64,000 nucleotides of DNA from NCBI GenBank assembly GCA_963719935.1, contig CAVRDY010000008.1, positions 74,118 to 138,117 on the forward strand, written 5' to 3'. How positions within the stretch are numbered: position 1 is the first letter of the stretch; every line of letters starts with the position of its first letter. The DNA comes from an uncultured Actinomycetes bacterium (GTDB lineage: Bacteria > Actinomycetota > Acidimicrobiia > Acidimicrobiales > CAVRDY01). Of this stretch, positions 60,398 through 64,000 are shown in pieces. Below the pieces are notes generated by a model that was not told where the DNA came from, searched no databases, and worked only from the letters and a program-made list of their open reading frames with translations. A program made the position numbers and the translations under genes.

Positions 60398-60431
60398 AAG
60401 GGGATGGCTTTCCGACTCGTGAGGTTTGAGA
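60398..60431 (+). repeat. Cassette junction motif B2
   Basis: AAGGGGATGGCTTTCCGACTCGTGAGGTTTGAGA. Confidence 0.75.
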
Positions 60432-60451
60432 TGTCGGTCCGGATGGCGAGG

Positions 60452-60988
60452 TCAGCGGTCCAGAATCACCGCGAGGTCGAGCTCGCGAGCGTTCTCACCG
60501 ACATCGAAGCGATCGAGGGTGCGGTACGAGGCACCCTCTGGGTCTCGGTGGCGAACCAACTCCCCGGCTTCAGGGCGCGGATCGATCAACCACACCTCGG
60601 GCACACCCGCCTTCGCATAGGCGATGAGCTTGGCGCCACGATCGTGGGCCTGCGTGGTGACACTCACCTCCACGATCAGCTTCACAGCGGAGACCGGAAT
60701 CGCGTCATCGGGCTCGAAATGGGCCCCGACCTCGACCACGTACACATCCGGGTCGACCATCGACACCGGACTCAGCCGTACGCTCCCGGCGTTGAACGTC
60801 GTCTCGTCCGGGAACAGCGCGTCCAGCTGGCGAAACACACGCATCACGGTGCTCGTATGGCGGTTGAACTCTGGTGTCACGTCGTACACCACTCCCTCGA
60901 TGAGCTCGGTTGATTGCCAACCGAGTTCACGAACGATGCGGATGTACTCGTCGACGGTCACACGGTGGATGTCTGCTGCGACGGTCAC
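60452..60988 (-). CDS. Uma2-family PD-(D/E)XK endonuclease, intact (alternative start 60997)
   Basis: ELIEGVV, H, DPDVYV, LIVEVS, DRGAKLIAYAKAGVPEVWLID. Confidence 0.9.
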   Translation of the reverse strand: MTVAADIHRVTVDEYIRIVRELGWQSTELIEGVVYDVTPEFNRHTSTVMRVFRQLDALFPDETTFNAGSVRLSPVSMVDPDVYVVEVGAHFEPDDAIPVSAVKLIVEVSVTTQAHDRGAKLIAYAKAGVPEVWLIDPRPEAGELVRHRDPEGASYRTLDRFDVGENARELDLAVILDR

Positions 60989-61090
60989 GGGCCTCACCTC
61001 GTTCGAATGAATGTGCTCGGGGAAGCAAGCTCATCGTCCCACGGAACCAGACGAAGACACAATCGTTCCGGCGCCACGCGTCGGGCGTTG

Positions 61091-61145
61091 GAAGGGGATG
61101 GCTTCGCGACTGCTGAGGTTCGTGACGGTGCGCGTCATCTGGTCC
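61091..61145 (+). repeat. Cassette junction motif B3
   Basis: GAAGGGGATGGCTTCGCGACTGCTGAGGTTCGTGACGGTGCGCGTCATCTGGTCC. Confidence 0.8.
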
Positions 61146-61163
61146 GCACCCAGCCCCCCTTCC

Positions 61164-61271
61164 CACGCCGTGCAGTACATGTTGATCGGGGGTGTCGCAG
61201 CGCTGCTCCACGGCGCTCGACGGCCGACGCTCGATCCCGACCTCCTTCCAGGCTCGGATCACGAGAACCTC
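61164..61271 (+). pseudogene. N-terminal fragment of a nucleotidyltransferase-like (TA-associated) gene
   Basis: HAVQYMLIGGVAALLHGARRPTLDPDLLP...ENL resembles the GG...H...T-x-D-x-D NTase motif. Confidence 0.55.
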
Positions 61272-61282
61272 AACCCCCGTCC

Positions 61283-61304
61283 TCCCGATTTGTGAAGTTC
61301 GTGA
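61283..61304 (+). repeat. Cassette junction motif B4 (degenerate)
   Basis: TCCCGATTTGTGAAGTTCGTGA. Confidence 0.6.
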
Positions 61305-61324
61305 CGTCGATCCGCGAACGCTGT

Positions 61325-61404
61325 CCGCGCTTGAAGATCGCCACTACATCGAGCTCGCGTGCGTTCGCGTCGACGGTCATGCGATGGATCTCTTGTGCGA
61401 CGGC
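61325..61404 (-). pseudogene. Mini-Uma2: N- and C-termini fused by an internal deletion
   Basis: Reads VAQEIHRMTVD-ANARELDVVAIFKR versus intact VAADIHRVTVD...ENARELDLAVILDR. Confidence 0.75.
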
Positions 61405-61434
61405 AGCGACGCTGAGTGAGCTCTTCCGCGAGGG

Positions 61435-62597
61435 TCAGGTGCCCTTGTAGTTGAGGACCTGGTGCAGGGTGTGCACCACCTCCACCAGGTCGGCCTGGTC
61501 GGCCATCACCTGGTCGATGTCCTTGTAGGCGGAGGGGATCTCGTCGAGCAATGCCTGGGCGCGGTCGGCCTGCCAGACCGTACCGGCCATCCGATCGGCC
61601 AGCTCGGTGGCGGTGAACAGCTTCTTGGCCTGGGTCCGGCTGTGGCGACGGCCGGCACCGTGCGAGCACGAGTGCCAGGACGCGGCGCTGCCCCTGCCGG
61701 CCACGATGTAGCTGCGGGTCCCCATCGACCCCGGGATCACCCCGAGATCGCCGGTGTCGGCCTTGATGGCCCCCTTGCGGGTGATCCACAACTCGACGCC
61801 GTCGTGGACCTCGCGCTGGGTGAAGTTGTGGTGGCAGTTGATCCTCCGGGTCTGGCGCCCCGCTCCGACGAAGGCCACGACCTCCCGCAACGCGGCGTCC
61901 ATCATCTGGTCGCGGTTGGCCCAGCGCGTAGTCCTGGGCCCAGAGCATGTCGGTTATGTAGGCCTCGAACTCGGGGGTGCCTTCGGTGAAGTAGGCCAGA
62001 TCGGGGTCCTCGAGGCGCAGCGCCAGGTGCTTGGCCAGGCTGCGGGCCCGGGCGATGTGCTGTTGGGCCAACTGGTTGCCGATGCCCCGGCTGCCCGAGT
62101 GCAACACGATCCAGACCCGGTCGCGCTCGTCGAGGCAGATCTCCACGAAGTGGTTGCCCGAACCCAGCGTGCCGAACTGGCGGGCCGCGGTCACCACCTG
62201 CTTGCCAGCCAGGTCGGTGGCAGGCCGGTTGGCGCGGAGCCAGCGGTCAGCTGGCCGGCGTACCCGGTCGTGACCCTGGCCGACGCCCGCGGGGATGACC
62301 GACTCGAGGCGCGACGAGCAGTGGCCCCAGGTCGTCGGGCAGCCGGGACGCGACCAGGTCGAGCTCGGTGGCGATCATGCCGCAGCCGATGTCGACGCCC
62401 ACCGCAGCGGGGATCACCGCCTCGCGGGTCGGGATGACCGATCCCACGGTGGCGCCCAACCCCACGTGGGCGTCAGGCATGAGGGCCACGTGGCCCGCCA
62501 CGATGGGCAGGCGCGCCGTCTTCTCGGCCTGGCGGACGGTGCCGGCGTCGATGTCGCTGGCCCAGGAGATGAGCTTGTCGTTGATCGCGGTGGGCAT
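61435..62597 (-). CDS. rtcB: RNA ligase RtcB (frameshifted)
   Basis: LMPDAHVG, VGVDIGCG, GTLGSGNHFVE, LHSGSRG, CHHN, IPGSMG, HGAGR and DEIPSAYK. Confidence 0.92.
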
Positions 62598-62702
62598 GGC
62601 CCTGATCCTTGGGGCGTGGAACGGACCCACCGGTCTACCCGCCGGTGAGTCCCTGCCCACAAGGGGTTTGCGTCGTGCGCCGTCGCGCGCCGGCGTGCGG
62701 GC

Positions 62703-63389
62703 TCAGGCCCCGGTGGCACCCACCGCCGTCTCCTCCTCCCGCAACAGGGGCGGAGTGAAGCGGCTGGGGCAGACGCCCCCCTTGTCGGCGTAGAAGGCCC
62801 GGACCAGGTCCATGTCGGCCACCACGTCTTCGGTGGGGTGGAAGGAAGGTCCGAACCCGCCGGTGCGGGTGGGGCCGTCGAGGAAGGTCAACACGATGGG
62901 GATACCGGCGTCGGCCGCGATCCGTCGGAAGCCCGACTTCCAGTAGGTCCGCTTGGACCGTGTCGCCTCGGGGGGGATGACGATGGCGCTGACCGAACCG
63001 GTGGTGGCCATGGCAGCGACCGTGTCGGCCAGACCGGCCGGGTTCTCGCGATCCACCGCGATGCCGCCGATACGGCGGTACAGGGGCGCCAGGGGACCCC
63101 AGAACATCTCTTTCTTTCCCAACCAGACCGGCCGGAGCCCGCTGTGCCAGGCCATGGCCAGCATGAGGGGGAAGTCCCAGTTGGAGGTGTGGGGCGCGGC
63201 CACCAGCACGCAAATCGGATCTGACGGCGGCTCGCCGACGATCCGGTAGCGGGAGATCCGAAGGACCATCCGGGCGAGGAAGCGTCTGATCGGCCAGACC
63301 CTAGCGCCCCACGGCTGCCTCCGTGAACACCGAGCGTGGTGAAACAGCCACCGCTGGTGCGTGATGATGTCGCGGTGTCCCGGACCCAC
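62703..63389 (-). CDS. PlsC-type acyltransferase (start uncertain; ATG 63269 possible)
   Basis: APHTSNWD, IAVDR, PPEATR and WKSGF. Confidence 0.85.
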   Translation of the reverse strand: MGPGHRDIITHQRWLFHHARCSRRQPWGARVWPIRRFLARMVLRISRYRIVGEPPSDPICVLVAAPHTSNWDFPLMLAMAWHSGLRPVWLGKKEMFWGPLAPLYRRIGGIAVDRENPAGLADTVAAMATTGSVSAIVIPPEATRSKRTYWKSGFRRIAADAGIPIVLTFLDGPTRTGGFGPSFHPTEDVVADMDLVRAFYADKGGVCPSRFTPPLLREEETAVGATGA

Positions 63390-63413
63390 GACCGGCTACC
63401 CCTCACCGCCCGG

Positions 63414-64000
63414 ATGGCCCGCGCCGCGCTCGGCCACCCCACGCCGTTCCTGGCGGTCCTGGGTGCGGGAGGGGAGGTCTGGTGCGACGGTCGCCGGTTG
63501 CACCCGGCCATGCAGCTTCTGTGCGCCCTGGCCGAACGCACCGAGCGGGGCGGAGACGACCCCGAGGCCCGCCGCCGCGAGATGCGGAACCTGGTCCGGC
63601 TGTCCTCGCCGGTGATCGGCGGTGTTCGGGTCGTCGACCGCACCATCGCCGGTCGGAGCGGGCCCATCCCCGTTCGGATCTACCGCCCCTACGGCGCCGG
63701 TGACGACCTGCCCGCCCTGCTCTACGCGCACGGAGGGGGCTTCGTGGTGGGTGATCTCGACACCCACGACCCCACCTGCCGCCTCCTGGCCCGCCGGGCC
63801 CGGGCCGTGGTGGTGGCCGTCCACTACCGCCTGGCGCCCGAGCATCCCTTCCCGGCCGCGGTCGATGACGTGGTCGACGCCTACATCTGGGTCCGGGATC
63901 ACCCCACCGAGCTGGGAGCGATCCAGGGGGTGGTGGGCGCCATGGGCGACTCGGCCGGGGGCACCCTCGCCGCCGTGCTGTGCCTGGAGGCCCGCCGCTT
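63414..64000 (+). CDS. HSL-family esterase/lipase, runs off window end
   Basis: HGGGFVVGDLDTHD, YRLAPEHPFPAA and GDSAGG. Confidence 0.9.
   Translation, partial: MARAALGHPTPFLAVLGAGGEVWCDGRRLHPAMQLLCALAERTERGGDDPEARRREMRNLVRLSSPVIGGVRVVDRTIAGRSGPIPVRIYRPYGAGDDLPALLYAHGGGFVVGDLDTHDPTCRLLARRARAVVVAVHYRLAPEHPFPAAVDDVVDAYIWVRDHPTELGAIQGVVGAMGDSAGGTLAAVLCLEARR

Noticed and set aside
61424..61443. Possible right-boundary site at the rtcB stop (CCGCGAGGGTCAGGT)
   Set aside because: Similarity to the motif is too weak to call.

Overview
High-GC bacterial chromosomal window. Gene content and style (F420-dependent LLM enzyme, sdhCAB, menB, leaderless TA promoters) suggest an Actinomycetota genome, possibly Acidimicrobiia; that assignment is inference. 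Most of the window is housekeeping or metabolic: a gamma-glutamyl/ATP-grasp neighbourhood, GH2, sdhCAB, a two-component system facing an ApbE flavinylation/Mo-oxidoreductase operon, GT-C glycosyltransferases, FAD oxidases, an orphan CpaF, menB, a GGDEF-EAL protein, a UvrD-HRDC helicase, GH78, an arylsulfotransferase, a GHKL ATPase and rtcB. Many conserved genes carry frameshifts, probably long-read or polishing errors. The most striking unexplained structure is two separate loci (about 3.3-4.5 kb and 59.6-61.4 kb) built as tandem arrays of small modules: mazEF, vapBC, Uma2 nuclease and gene fragments. A shared motif marks each module junction, with consensus GAAGGGGATGGCTTCGCGACTCGTGAGGTTCGTGA. 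Both arrays open with an identical 15-mer, AGCAGACTGAGGTTC. The Uma2 module occurs once intact and twice with internal deletions. This looks like an integrase-less gene-cassette system; no recombinase is visible in the window. I found no rRNA, tRNA, CRISPR array or transposase.
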